A stretch of DNA of 63,908 nucleotides, filler included, from Barthelona sp. PAP020 (GCA_040182905.1; 5 parts of 5 records of this genome joined end to end with filler, not necessarily neighbours in it); one strand, 5' to 3'; positions 51,777 to 62,343 are shown, counted from the whole stretch's first letter. Translations and numbers: made by a program. Notes: generated by a model not told the origin, from the letters alone.

Positions 51777-51897
51777 TTAATTCCAAGGAAAAAGAGAGAC
51801 AAACTCTTCAAATTCTTCAATAGATTCATTTAACTTGGCTCTCAATTTGTCCATAAATGCCAGTAAATGATGCGTGTTATGCAAAGACAATAATAAA
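51777..51897 (-). CDS. 3' fragment of a queuine tRNA-ribosyltransferase subunit (QTRT2-like)
   Basis: LLLSLHNTHHLLAFMDKLRAKL...FEEFV matches the TGT C-terminal LL..HN..H...F...R helix. Confidence 0.65.
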
Positions 51898-51997
51898 NNN
51901 NNNNNNNNNNNNNNNNNNNNNNNNNNNNNNNNNNNNNNNNNTTAATTAATTAANNNNNNNNNNNNNNNNNNNNNNNNNNNNNNNNNNNNNNNNNNNN
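51898..51997. other. Artificial contig spacer
   Basis: N run with TTAATTAATTAA. Confidence 0.98.
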
Positions 51998-52181
51998 AAC
52001 AATTATGAGTTTTTTTTTTTTTCCAGACTCAAAGAATTCTGAATCGGCTGACCAAAACAGCAAAGATACCATGGAGTAATTTCCCCAACCCCAGTTAGTA
52101 AATATAAATTAAAGCCTTTAATTTTGCCCTTTCGTCTAAAATGAAACCAAAGACTCGATCCTTTTCCTCGTGAAATTTTTT

Positions 52182-52187
52182 AAAAAA
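52182..52187 (-). terminator. Pol III T-run terminator of the tRNA
   Basis: TTTTTT immediately 3' of the discriminator base. Confidence 0.75.
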
Positions 52188-52262
52188 TACCTTCTGTGGG
52201 ATTCGAACCTCACGCAATCCAGGTTATGAGCCTGGTGACCTAAACCACTAGTCCAAGAAGGT
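52188..52262 (-). tRNA. tRNA-Met(CAT)
   Basis: Cloverleaf: acceptor ACCTTCT/AGAAGGT, D arm GACT/GGTC, anticodon arm CCAGG-CTCATAA-CCTGG, T loop TTCGAAT. Confidence 0.92.
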
Positions 52263-52289
52263 GTTATTAACTATGTTAATGGAATGTTA

Positions 52290-52345
52290 TTTAAAATGTT
52301 TTTAAAATGTTTTTAAAATGTTGAAAATGAATTGAAAATGAATAA
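52290..52345. repeat. 11-bp tandem repeat (TTTAAAATGTT x3, then degenerate) upstream of the tRNA
   Basis: Visible in sequence. Confidence 0.75.
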
Positions 52346-52434
52346 AGTACTGATTAGTATTCTATCTGAGTAGAATAACAAATAAAAGAATTTCTTTGTT
52401 TTAAAATTAATTCAAATATTTTCAAAAAAAAAGT

Positions 52435-52809
52435 AATCAGAGAAAATTCACTTCATTAAATCTCAGTCACAGAAAGTGAGTGGCTGCAATTGAATCTTGG
52501 TCATCAAGTATAAGAATTTCGGAGAAATTTTTCACTCCTATTTTTTTGTATATTTGCAAAAGCAAAATTTTAAAGTTTAAACTTTACCCTAGAAAATCTA
52601 AAGTTTTCAACAGATCAATCGGGCCTCGAAAGCCTTTAGCCAAACAAACACTATTCTTTTTTATTCACTCATACGCACAGTGCTTCTTGGCTTGGAAATA
52701 ATTGTTGATCTAGATCGCAAGAAGCAATTTGTGCAGGCTTGTATTAATGAATAAACACTATTCTTCATTACACACTCATACACACGGTGCTTCTTGGCTC
52801 AGAAATAAA
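52435..52809 (+). repeat. Dispersed repeat family R1, copy E (52435-52700) plus duplicated 3' part (52750-52809)
   Basis: Aligns with copies A-D; AAACACTATTC...CACTCATAC.CAC.GTGCTTCTTGGCT occurs twice. Confidence 0.88.
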
Positions 52810-53046
52810 TGAAAGCCTTGCTAACACTTATTCCTCAAAAACATCCTTGATGACTGCTTTGACACTCATTATCGGATCTAAAACATAAAAATAGAGAAGA
52901 AAAATTTATTGACAAAAAAACGAAAGAAACATTTTTTTCAGTGTCATGATGTTATAATGTGATACAAAAATTAAACACTAAAATTCTATATACAAACATT
53001 GTATGCAATGAAAAAAGAAAAAAGAAGATTGAATATCCTCGGAAAA

Positions 53047-56000
53047 TTATTTGACAAAAAGTTGATTGGTACAACTTTGAAATAAAGTTCTCAACTCAAA
53101 AGGTGTCAACTTTAATTTGTCTGTAACGTTTAACTGATATTGATAACTATCAGTGAAAAATTCTTCAATTAATTCACCATCAATGATATTCTTTACTGGA
53201 AAAAAGGAGGATCTAAAACGTTTTGGAATGTTTTTAACACAACTAATGTGAGTCCAATCTAATTCATTCTGTAACTTATAGAAAACGTCAACAATATCGT
53301 GATTAGAATTTGTTTTGGAATTGATTGGTAATAAGGTATATATAGCGCCACTTATGGTAAATATGATTAAAGTTTCGAATGCTGTATTATCAAATTTATG
53401 CTTTTGTAAAGAAACGATTGGTTGACCGATATGAAATTCAGCAATGACATCAAAATTCGCTAATTTTATATCTTCACTTTCAATAAAATCCGTCACATCA
53501 GAACCAACCCTTAACAAAGTTAAATTCCCAAATTTATCCCCTAAAACTATTGTATCTTGGTCTAAACAACATAAAGAAATTATCCATCGATTATGTATAT
53601 CTTCGATAAATGGTACAATCTTTCCAATTTCTTTTCTATACCTTAAACCAAAACATGAGTTATTAACATCACAAACAAATATTCTTTGATCAAAACATTC
53701 AATTTTCAAGGGTAATCTCAAATTTTCAGAAAAATATTGGGCTCTCTTTAATAATCGTTTTCTTCCAAAACAAAAAAGTATAATTTGGTGGGAAATTCCA
53801 ACCAACAAAGCATTATCCGGTGATTGTGCAAGAGAAATTGCTCGAGATGTAATATGAGTATCATTAACCCATCTCAACAATTCATTAGAATGTTTGGATT
53901 TTCCAATAGCATACAATTTTAAAATACACTCAGGTTTTTCCTTTGAATTTTTATAAGAAGTGACTGCTACAATCAAACAAGGGAAGCCAAGTTCTGCAAA
54001 TTGAATCACAATCATGCGATCAATTGAGCAATTTTTTAAATCGATATATCCCAGAATTTCAAAAGTTTTACGAGCTAAAAAGGAAACCCTGCTGTTATAT
54101 ACACTGGGTATTTTATTTGAATAAAAGGATGGTGCATTTTGGTTGTCAATATAATGAGATTTGCTTCTATCTTCAATTGTTGAATCATCCATTTTAGTTT
54201 CCATGGGTTTTGAAGTATCATTATCACTTTCCATATCCATGTCTTTGTCACTATCACTGTCACTCATATCCATGTCATCTTCACTGTCACTTAAAATATC
54301 ATTAGATCCATCATAATTCATTTCTAGCTGTTGATTTTCTGCATATTGTTGTTCTGTGTCAAGGGATTCCTCTTCTTCTTGTTGACAACAAGGAAACCTT
54401 TCAACATGAGAGATAAATAAATAATCATTATTTAACACCATATCCTTAGTATTCTTTCCCACGAATAATTCTTGTGTCATGTACTTCTTCTTAGAAACTT
54501 GGGCAACACCCATTGAATGATTTTCATCAAGGAAAACAATTCCATATTCAACATCCTTTCTTCTAAAAGCAGTTACTGAAATCAAATTCGCCTGTAAATT
54601 TAAAGGTCTTAATTCTGTATTTTGATTTTGTATCCAAGTACGTTCTGCCAGAATAAAAATAGTATCTGCTGCAACTCTAAATCTAATATTGCTTCCTTTT
54701 ATTTTCGAAAAGGCAACACCATGGAATTCACCATCTTTAGAAAATAGTGAAATCAATATTTCATCATCAAATGATATATAACAACTATTTTTAAATAATT
54801 GCACATGATAAGGCCTTTTTTTAAGATTTATTGAAGAAATATAAGATGATGATGAATTAGCATCAAAATTTGAATTGATATCTGAAAACTTAAAGGAATA
54901 CACAACTGCATTCATTGTCAAAACAACAAAATACTCTTCAGATGCCGAAATATCAATTATCTCATCTGTTTGATAATCGTCAATTTTAATAACATTATAA
55001 TTCTGTAAAGATCTTAAATCGTTCTTAATAATCTTATAATGTATAATCAAATTGTTATTTAAAACCAATAAAACATGATTTGAATAGATTTTGGCAAATC
55101 TAATCGTACCAAGAGAAATTTGACTTTCAATGTGTTGATCAGTATCAAGATTGACAAGCCTGATACGATTTGAAACGATTTGAACAACTTTATCATAGAT
55201 TCTTTGAATAATCAATGTTTTTTCATTTATAATGAAACTTTGAATTGATAAAGGTTGAATATCTTGATTTTTGACAGATAAAAAGAAGGAACTATTATGA
55301 TTAGTCAAAACAATTAATTCCTCGATTTCATCTTTCATATCTTTGACACTAAAGATTTCTAAATATTTGTTAGCATCAGGAGGCGATTGTGCAAGAACAA
55401 CTATCTCAGCTCCATATCCAATTCGAGTCACTTTCTCATTATTTAAAAGTAGAAAAGTATTTTCATCTTCAACCATACCATATTCACTTAAACCTTTCAA
55501 AACCATTCCAGTACCATAAGAACATTCAAATACTATCTTATCTCTCACAACATCATATTCAATCAACCGAGATGATGAAGGTTTTGCTATTCTCTCTTCA
55601 ATTCCATCAAATTCATCATCTTCTTTAAATAATTCTTCAGTTAAAGTATATATATGTATTCCATTATCACCAACTAAACATAATTGTCCAAACAGAGTAA
55701 CCTTAAATCTAGTAAAATTGGACGAATTCACTGTTGTCAGATATCTTATCACAAATTTTTCATCCTTATCAAACATAAAATTCAAAACATCACCCCATTC
55801 ATTTAACAATAAAACCAACACCCCTCCAGAAGTACGAGTCTCACAACAATCAACAATAAATGGTTCAAATAATATGTCCTTTCGTTGTGGTATCAAACAT
55901 GAAATTATCTTGCCAGTCACAGTTATATGATAGATATGAGTTTTACTGGTAACCAAACACCCAATAACATTCTCATTTTCAAAAAAATTTCCATCCAAGC

Positions 56001-56709
56001 AAAAAATATGATTACAGCTCTCATTAATAATGTGTTCTCCACATATTAAAATAGAGTTGGTATTGAAATCAAGCTCATAAAATACCACTTTCGTTGAAAA
56101 TTCATCAATCACATGTAAAGCAGCAAAAGTAGGTGAATTATAACCAACGTCTAATGCTATAAAATCAATACAAGTGCTATCATTTGATTCAACTATCTTT
56201 GGGGAAGAAATTTGAATCTTTTTACCTGCACGATTTATTGAATAGAAAAGTTTTTTTTCATTCACAGAACCCAATGCAAAACTTCGACCTCTTGGATCAA
56301 CAGCTATGTAACATATTGGAGAAAATCTACGCAAACCAAATCTACTATGATCTAATGAAGTAACACACTTAAATTTTTCATACTTCTCATGATATTGTAA
56401 AATAGTCATAACTCCACTGTCTGATGTAACAATTAAATAATCTTGTGTTTTGTCGAAATCATTGATTTTGGTGTTTTCTTCTTCAATCATAGGTAAACTT
56501 AATGTTTTGATGTTTATGATTGTTCCAAAGGTAACCGTATTTGATAAACACTTTAAAACTGTAGAATCTTGTAAATATACAACCTCATAAAGTGACAAAT
56601 ATGTAGAATGATTAACAACAATTTCATGTTTTTTTTCTCCACTAAAAGATCCATATGCAACTGAATATCCACTGGATGGTGGAATTAAATTCAATGATAA
56701 ATACGACAT
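53047..56709 (-). CDS. SF3B3: Splicing factor 3B subunit 3 (SAP130/Rse1), divergent
   Basis: L.L.PPS, G.FSG.K..EIVV, DYLIVTSDSG, G.RR..P..Y.AVDPRGR, G.KRLLK, GDKFGN, FRS.F.PVKNIIDG; ATG at 56709. Confidence 0.92.
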   Translation of the reverse strand: MSYLSLNLIPPSSGYSVAYGSFSGEKKHEIVVNHSTYLSLYEVVYLQDSTVLKCLSNTVTFGTIINIKTLSLPMIEEENTKINDFDKTQDYLIVTSDSGVMTILQYHEKYEKFKCVTSLDHSRFGLRRFSPICYIAVDPRGRSFALGSVNEKKLFYSINRAGKKIQISSPKIVESNDSTCIDFIALDVGYNSPTFAALHVIDEFSTKVVFYELDFNTNSILICGEHIINESCNHIFCLDGNFFENENVIGCLVTSKTHIYHITVTGKIISCLIPQRKDILFEPFIVDCCETRTSGGVLVLLLNEWGDVLNFMFDKDEKFVIRYLTTVNSSNFTRFKVTLFGQLCLVGDNGIHIYTLTEELFKEDDEFDGIEERIAKPSSSRLIEYDVVRDKIVFECSYGTGMVLKGLSEYGMVEDENTFLLLNNEKVTRIGYGAEIVVLAQSPPDANKYLEIFSVKDMKDEIEELIVLTNHNSSFFLSVKNQDIQPLSIQSFIINEKTLIIQRIYDKVVQIVSNRIRLVNLDTDQHIESQISLGTIRFAKIYSNHVLLVLNNNLIIHYKIIKNDLRSLQNYNVIKIDDYQTDEIIDISASEEYFVVLTMNAVVYSFKFSDINSNFDANSSSSYISSINLKKRPYHVQLFKNSCYISFDDEILISLFSKDGEFHGVAFSKIKGSNIRFRVAADTIFILAERTWIQNQNTELRPLNLQANLISVTAFRRKDVEYGIVFLDENHSMGVAQVSKKKYMTQELFVGKNTKDMVLNNDYLFISHVERFPCCQQEEEESLDTEQQYAENQQLEMNYDGSNDILSDSEDDMDMSDSDSDKDMDMESDNDTSKPMETKMDDSTIEDRSKSHYIDNQNAPSFYSNKIPSVYNSRVSFLARKTFEILGYIDLKNCSIDRMIVIQFAELGFPCLIVAVTSYKNSKEKPECILKLYAIGKSKHSNELLRWVNDTHITSRAISLAQSPDNALLVGISHQIILFCFGRKRLLKRAQYFSENLRLPLKIECFDQRIFVCDVNNSCFGLRYRKEIGKIVPFIEDIHNRWIISLCCLDQDTIVLGDKFGNLTLLRVGSDVTDFIESEDIKLANFDVIAEFHIGQPIVSLQKHKFDNTAFETLIIFTISGAIYTLLPINSKTNSNHDIVDVFYKLQNELDWTHISCVKNIPKRFRSSFFPVKNIIDGELIEEFFTDSYQYQLNVTDKLKLTPFELRTLFQSCTNQLFVK

Positions 56710-56904
56710 GACATAAACAATAAAACAATAAATAATGGTGGTATTTTTTTTCCTCTGATAAATTTTTTTCATTTTATAAATATATTTTATTCAAATATTT
56801 TAAAATAGCATTTTATAAAAATAAAAAACCAAAAAAAAAAGGAAAACAAATTTTTGTTTATTTTTTCTTTTTCAACTTATTTTATATATTTTAACACTTT
56901 TTAA

Positions 56905-57939
56905 ATGACTGAAACTGATCAAAGAGATAGTTCTCCTTTAAATGGCGATGAATTACGATTATGCGAAGACTATCAAAATTTTATCTCAACTTACATATTA
57001 CGAACAATAATTTTAAATAGAGATGAGCATTGGCAATACTATGATGTTGGTGATGGATCAATCGTTCCACTTATTTGTATTGGTGAAGCATTAACTACAG
57101 CCGTTTCTTTTTTTCGATTGGCAACTTTGCTAAGCCAAAAAGGATACAGAGTAATTCTTGTAAAATATCATTCATACTTTAAAATAGAAAATTTTATCAA
57201 AGGAATGGAATCTTTTCTAGCACATCTCAAGTTAAAAGCTGCTCATTTCTATGGGTGTGGTTTAGGAGGTTTTCTGCTTCAATGTTTTGGTGAAAGATAT
57301 CCTCTGAGAGTTTTGTCCTTGACTTTGCTAAATTCTTTTGCTGATACATATCATTTCAAGAGTTCAATACCACTTTCATCCTTTTTATGGGCTACACCTA
57401 GTTTTATGTTAAAATCTCCTTTACTTGCTATGTTACCTGCACAATCCATTCGTTTAGATATCACTGCTGCTGTGGATTTTCTTTGTTCTGAATTGGAGAC
57501 ACAGAATAGGGACTTTTATCTGTCAAGAGTGTCTTTATTAACAGAAGAACGGGTTGTTAATCACTGGTGTGATGATCCGGCCAAGTTAATGATTTTGGAA
57601 TCTGTGAATTTGAATCATATTCCGCAAAAGTTGCTTGAAGAACTTCGGTTAAGATACGACACACACCATGTTACATATATTGAACTTCCTTTTCCTGAGT
57701 TAACCCAACCAGAAGAACTAGCCATGTATATCATTGTTCATTTAAGATCCGTTGGTTTGGACCCTTCATTGGAAGCTAGAAAGCGTATTTGGGAATTGGA
57801 CTCAGAAACAGCTGATAATAAAGAGGAAAATGTTGAAGTTTCAATTGAAGAAGATACAGCTGTGTCATTCGATGATGCAACAAACTGTTGTGATAATTTT
57901 AACGATGAAGTTGACACCTGTGAGACGAGTAACCCTTGA
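56905..57939 (+). CDS. SPG21: Maspardin (alpha/beta hydrolase fold)
   Basis: W.YYD.G....PLIC...., L..KGYRVI, H.YG..LGGFL.Q.F, V.SL.L.NSF.DT, W..PSF.LK. Confidence 0.88.
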   Translation: MTETDQRDSSPLNGDELRLCEDYQNFISTYILRTIILNRDEHWQYYDVGDGSIVPLICIGEALTTAVSFFRLATLLSQKGYRVILVKYHSYFKIENFIKGMESFLAHLKLKAAHFYGCGLGGFLLQCFGERYPLRVLSLTLLNSFADTYHFKSSIPLSSFLWATPSFMLKSPLLAMLPAQSIRLDITAAVDFLCSELETQNRDFYLSRVSLLTEERVVNHWCDDPAKLMILESVNLNHIPQKLLEELRLRYDTHHVTYIELPFPELTQPEELAMYIIVHLRSVGLDPSLEARKRIWELDSETADNKEENVEVSIEEDTAVSFDDATNCCDNFNDEVDTCETSNP

Positions 57940-58049
57940 TTGTTGTTTTTCGGTGATTTTTAGGAATTTGTGAATTTTGTTTGAATAAAATTTGTTGTTG
58001 GACAAAATGATTTATAAATATTTTTTACTATGAGGTTTTTGCTGAGATA

Positions 58050-58056
58050 TTTTTTT

Positions 58057-58113
<57 letters not shown>

Positions 58114-58121
58114 CTGTGTGG

Positions 58122-58153
<32 letters not shown>

Positions 58154-58154
58154 G
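58050..58154. repeat. Compound microsatellite T11-(TC)n-(TTTC)n-(TG/TGTGTA)n
   Basis: Visible in sequence. Confidence 0.95.
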
Positions 58155-58222
58155 TTATATATATAAACAATTAGAGAAAAAAAAAAAGCTCATGTTTCAA
58201 TATTTACACAATATACAACCCC

Positions 58223-59425
58223 TCAGTCATCATCGCTTGCATCAATTTTATATTCATCAGAAAAAACAAACATATTACCACCATTCTTTTCATTAATATC
58301 CACCAAATCCCAACACGAATCAATGATCTGAGAGAATTCTTCAAAATTCACACAAATACCTCCTGCTACCAATTTTCTGATGATAGAATTGTTTTTTTTC
58401 GTCAATAATAAGCTATTTAAAATATTTCCATCAGGTTTTGAAGCACCAATCAAATCATCCTCATAAAGAAGAATAGTCGAATAGGTCTTCATCAAACCTA
58501 CACTTCCAAGCACTTTGCCGCATGATATTTGCGTTTTCGAATGATTGAAAGCAAACGAAAAGCAAAACCCTTCACAACTGCATTTAATATGTTGAATTTT
58601 TTGACAGCTTGTGATATCAAAAATTGTGAGATATCCATCCCCGGTCATAAAGCATAACAAATCTTCAGTTATAAACTTGATGTGAAATATATTATCAGAT
58701 GAAACGAAGACATGAAGTGGTTCTGAGGTCTGCTTTTCATACTCCCAAAGATACATCTTTGATCGATGATTACCACCATCAGTTCCCACAGCAACAAGTT
58801 TTTGACTGGGGTGAAACTCAATGGCTCTGACCTCCCCCGAAACATCAAAAAAACCAGCTTTCGTAAGATCCTTCTCATTGATTAAGATAGCTTCCTGTGT
58901 TGATCCTCCACATAATAGGTATTTACCATCTGAAGATATTTCGATACGCCAGATCCAATCTGAACAAACAGATAATTCACTCACACAACATTTATCGTTG
59001 ATATCATATTTTTTAATATCTCCAAATGAAGTGGAATAATACAGATACCTATTACAAAGAGAAAAACAAAACCCATAAATTTCATTTAGATCATAAAATT
59101 GATGAAATACAGAGAAATCATCCAAAACATTATAAATGATAATAGAACAATCACCAGAACAAGAAATTAAAAATCTTCCATCATCAGAAAATTTCACACA
59201 ACCAATATTTCTCTTTTGTCCAGTCAAACAACAATTAAATTCAAGTGTTGCACCATCTAATACAAATAATTTGGATCCATGTGCAACGACAAAATAATTA
59301 TCATCGGGAGAGTAACAGCAAGAATACATGAACAGGTCTCTCTCATTTGATATCTGCGTTTCTTTGACATTTTCCTCATCAATTCTAAAAGAAATCGGTT
59401 GGTAATTCTCACATTTAGCAAACAT
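58223..59425 (-). CDS. WD40-repeat protein with unusual C-terminal helical extension
   Basis: Repeated C.FS.DG..L.S.S.D.....YN-type blades. Confidence 0.85.
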   Translation of the reverse strand: MFAKCENYQPISFRIDEENVKETQISNERDLFMYSCCYSPDDNYFVVAHGSKLFVLDGATLEFNCCLTGQKRNIGCVKFSDDGRFLISCSGDCSIIIYNVLDDFSVFHQFYDLNEIYGFCFSLCNRYLYYSTSFGDIKKYDINDKCCVSELSVCSDWIWRIEISSDGKYLLCGGSTQEAILINEKDLTKAGFFDVSGEVRAIEFHPSQKLVAVGTDGGNHRSKMYLWEYEKQTSEPLHVFVSSDNIFHIKFITEDLLCFMTGDGYLTIFDITSCQKIQHIKCSCEGFCFSFAFNHSKTQISCGKVLGSVGLMKTYSTILLYEDDLIGASKPDGNILNSLLLTKKNNSIIRKLVAGGICVNFEEFSQIIDSCWDLVDINEKNGGNMFVFSDEYKIDASDDD

Positions 59426-59567
59426 GTAATTGACAAAAACAAACTTGTAAACTGGATTCTTTTACATTTTTACTATTTCAGAGTAAAATCTTGCATCTTT
59501 AAAAATTTTGGTACTTGAGAAATATCTGGATGAAAAAACAATTGGTTTGAGCAAATTCAAACAGAAT

Positions 59568-60572
59568 TTACGAGACTTGTGTTTGTAACATCAAAGTATC
59601 TTCCTTTTCCTTTGTAATAACCTTTGGTTCTTCTGCTGCTAGTTTTTCTTCTTCTTCCTCACTTAGATCGTCATTATCTTGGATCTTTTGTTGAATATTT
59701 GAAGGATCTGCTTCATTTGCAAATAAAAAGAACCCAATTATACTTTCAATAAATGAAAGACATTCATTCTGTGTTCTTTTCCTTTCAATAACTGAACACT
59801 TTGAGTTAACAAAGCTCCAAATCCATTCCACAAGAACAATAGACACAAGCACATCAATTGTATAGTGATTTCTCAGTAAAGCGATCCAAAAGACGCCAAT
59901 AAGTGTAGCAACCCAAATGCCCGCTAAAAACCAATATTCGACAAAAAAAGTCCAAGTATGGACAACCCACTTTGCAAGTAACCAGATGTAAATAGTATGA
60001 CCTGATGGCAACAAGTCACCACATTGTGGAATTTGCAAATCCACCAAACCTAAACCAAAAGTCCATGCTAAAGCAACACCTATACGAGATTGACCATTTC
60101 TAAACAATTGCTCCTCCCAATTTGATGAGGCACAAGGACAAAATGGATCATTAGCACATGGTGGTGGCAAAGTGGTGGATAGAAAGAAAACAGTTCGAAA
60201 ATTCAAGCAAAGACAATAAATGAACAGCAATCGTTTAAAATGACTATTCTTTCCAAAAATAATAACAGTGTAGATTGATAGAATAGTCAACCCCATTGAA
60301 ATTAAATTTGAAGGGATGAATGTTGTTGATGTGCCACAATCTCTCAGCCAACCCATTTTTTGGGTAAAGTCCAAAATAACATCTGGAAGAACAGGCTTTT
60401 TCAACTGCCATTGAAAAGCATACGTATTAGCTAAATTCATGAAAAAAATTGAAGCTATTAAATACAGGAAATTCTTTGCATTTTCTAATTTGAACACACC
60501 AATCATTCTTTGGAGAACAAAGTTTATCCCATTTGTACCATTTGTACCTTCAATAACTTCAATTTCACCCAT
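59568..60572 (-). CDS. Sphingomyelin/IPC synthase family (PAP2-like)
   Basis: LPD, R......TTLP, CGDL..SGHT, HYTIDV catalytic motifs; 6 TM. Confidence 0.9.
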   Translation of the reverse strand: MGEIEVIEGTNGTNGINFVLQRMIGVFKLENAKNFLYLIASIFFMNLANTYAFQWQLKKPVLPDVILDFTQKMGWLRDCGTSTTFIPSNLISMGLTILSIYTVIIFGKNSHFKRLLFIYCLCLNFRTVFFLSTTLPPPCANDPFCPCASSNWEEQLFRNGQSRIGVALAWTFGLGLVDLQIPQCGDLLPSGHTIYIWLLAKWVVHTWTFFVEYWFLAGIWVATLIGVFWIALLRNHYTIDVLVSIVLVEWIWSFVNSKCSVIERKRTQNECLSFIESIIGFFLFANEADPSNIQQKIQDNDDLSEEEEEKLAAEEPKVITKEKEDTLMLQTQVS

Positions 60573-60878
60573 AAACTATAATAGTAGAAAATTTGTTAGC
60601 ATTAGTAAAATTGAATAAAACATTTCCATCATTTTCTTTTGGTTTCTCCATTCATAGACTTTGTTTCTATGTGTTTGGGGGTTTTCATTGGAGTGTCGAT
60701 TTTGTTTTGAGCATAACTGATGTCTGAGATGCCTTCTTTAAAAAAAAAATCGAAATCTTAAAAAGAAGGACTATTCGCATATGTTTCTCTGTGTTTTTTC
60801 ATTTTAAAAGAAAAATACCTCAAATTGTCTTTTGAAAACAATTTCTTCTGTGTTAAAAAAAAAAAAAGACACAAAATT

Positions 60879-62249
60879 TTATCTTCTATAATTTTTCTCC
60901 ACATATTGCTTCAACAAAGTCTCAAACACTAATTTTCTCCATAATCGAACTAAGAATTGACTGAATTTGCCCAATTCAAAAAACTTTTTCAAATCGTTTT
61001 CAATTTGATACAACAGATTTCTTGATTCAGAAAAGGTTTTCATATTGTTGGTTGAAAACATATTAATAATCAATTCAAAAACATGAACTTTATCTTCAAA
61101 ACTTGCTTCACAAAATCTATCAGTTAGTTTTTTGATAAAAACTTCAAATTTCTTTTCAAAAGCAATATCAGCAAATAGAGACATGTCAACTGGATAACGA
61201 AAAACAATTTTTGGGTCAGTAGATATGTTATCAACAACAAATTGCATCCCCAACTGAGAATATAATTCAAGTTCCGTAAAATGAATGTCAATTGCTGGTA
61301 AGACCATTGTTTCCTTTGAAGAAACATCGGATGGCAATATAATCCGTTGAACTCCTTCATTCAATACTCTCTTTTCATATACATTATAATCTAACTCAGT
61401 TAATCGACGAAGTTCTTTAAAAGTCAAAGAATAAACATCTCGATATGCCAGATACATTGATAACATTTCATCTTTTTTCCAAATATCAATCAAATACTGT
61501 TGAATATCAGCAACTTCAGAATCAACGTAAGATTTTACCTCAGAAACAAGAGCTTTCAATTCTTCCTCCTTTCTTTTCAGCTTCTTAGCATTGATCATGC
61601 TCAGTTTTTCTTCTAAAACCATTAACTTCTCAGCAACTACTTGATTTTCAAATTGTCGTCGTTCTTTCCTTCGCTTTTCCATCTCTTGAAGATTGCAAAC
61701 CTCTTGTCTCAATAGCTTTGTCTGATGCTCATGTAACGCTGCTTGTTCAGCATGAAACAATTTCGCCTGCTTTTTGAACATGGTTATCTGTTTAACAATC
61801 AATTCTGCTTCTTCATTCAATTGAACTTTTGAAGGCAAATAATTTTTAATATTTTCTAATAAAGAATCATCAATTTTGGGATCAAAATCATTCAATCCGT
61901 AATCTCCAGCTATTTCACGTAATTGCATCAACTTATCAATTTTATCATGATATAAATGTATTAATTCTTCATCAGATGGAGTAATAACATAAGTTCTAAA
62001 ATCATCATCATCCTTTTTATCCAAAATGGTTTGAATTATTTGAGAATTAACAAGATAATTTTGTAGAGTATGTTTCAATAGAACTATTGAATGAAAATTA
62101 TCATATTTTGCCAAACAAAAATCAACTTGAAGATGATTAGATTTAATAGGCTGATAAAATCCTTCAAATCCATTAAATAAAGATAAAATTTGTTTAATAT
62201 ACACCTTTTCTAATTCATAACTGATATTTTTTAAAAAAATAAGAAACAT
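60879..62249 (-). CDS. Hypothetical coiled-coil protein
   Basis: About 456-aa ORF with central heptad/charged region. Confidence 0.65.
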   Translation of the reverse strand: MFLIFLKNISYELEKVYIKQILSLFNGFEGFYQPIKSNHLQVDFCLAKYDNFHSIVLLKHTLQNYLVNSQIIQTILDKKDDDDFRTYVITPSDEELIHLYHDKIDKLMQLREIAGDYGLNDFDPKIDDSLLENIKNYLPSKVQLNEEAELIVKQITMFKKQAKLFHAEQAALHEHQTKLLRQEVCNLQEMEKRRKERRQFENQVVAEKLMVLEEKLSMINAKKLKRKEEELKALVSEVKSYVDSEVADIQQYLIDIWKKDEMLSMYLAYRDVYSLTFKELRRLTELDYNVYEKRVLNEGVQRIILPSDVSSKETMVLPAIDIHFTELELYSQLGMQFVVDNISTDPKIVFRYPVDMSLFADIAFEKKFEVFIKKLTDRFCEASFEDKVHVFELIINMFSTNNMKTFSESRNLLYQIENDLKKFFELGKFSQFLVRLWRKLVFETLLKQYVEKNYRR

Positions 62250-62343
62250 CAAATAAATTAAACAAGTGGATTCTTTTTCGTTTTCAATTTTTTTTTTAAA
62301 AACAGTTTTTTTTCAGTTTCAAATATATTTTGATTCAATTGAT

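Noticed and set aside
12983..51997. Regularly spaced TTAATTAATTAA motif every 12.9 kb or so
   Set aside because: Artificial spacer inside N runs; the spacing reflects length-sorted contigs (12928, 12877, 12810 bp).
58030..58296. 88-aa ORF with SLSL and VYVY runs
   Set aside because: Translation of a microsatellite.
60573..60650. Possible upstream exon and intron for the sphingolipid synthase gene
   Set aside because: The donor would be GTTTTA and the CTAAC is far from the AG, unlike the verified introns; needs RNA-seq.
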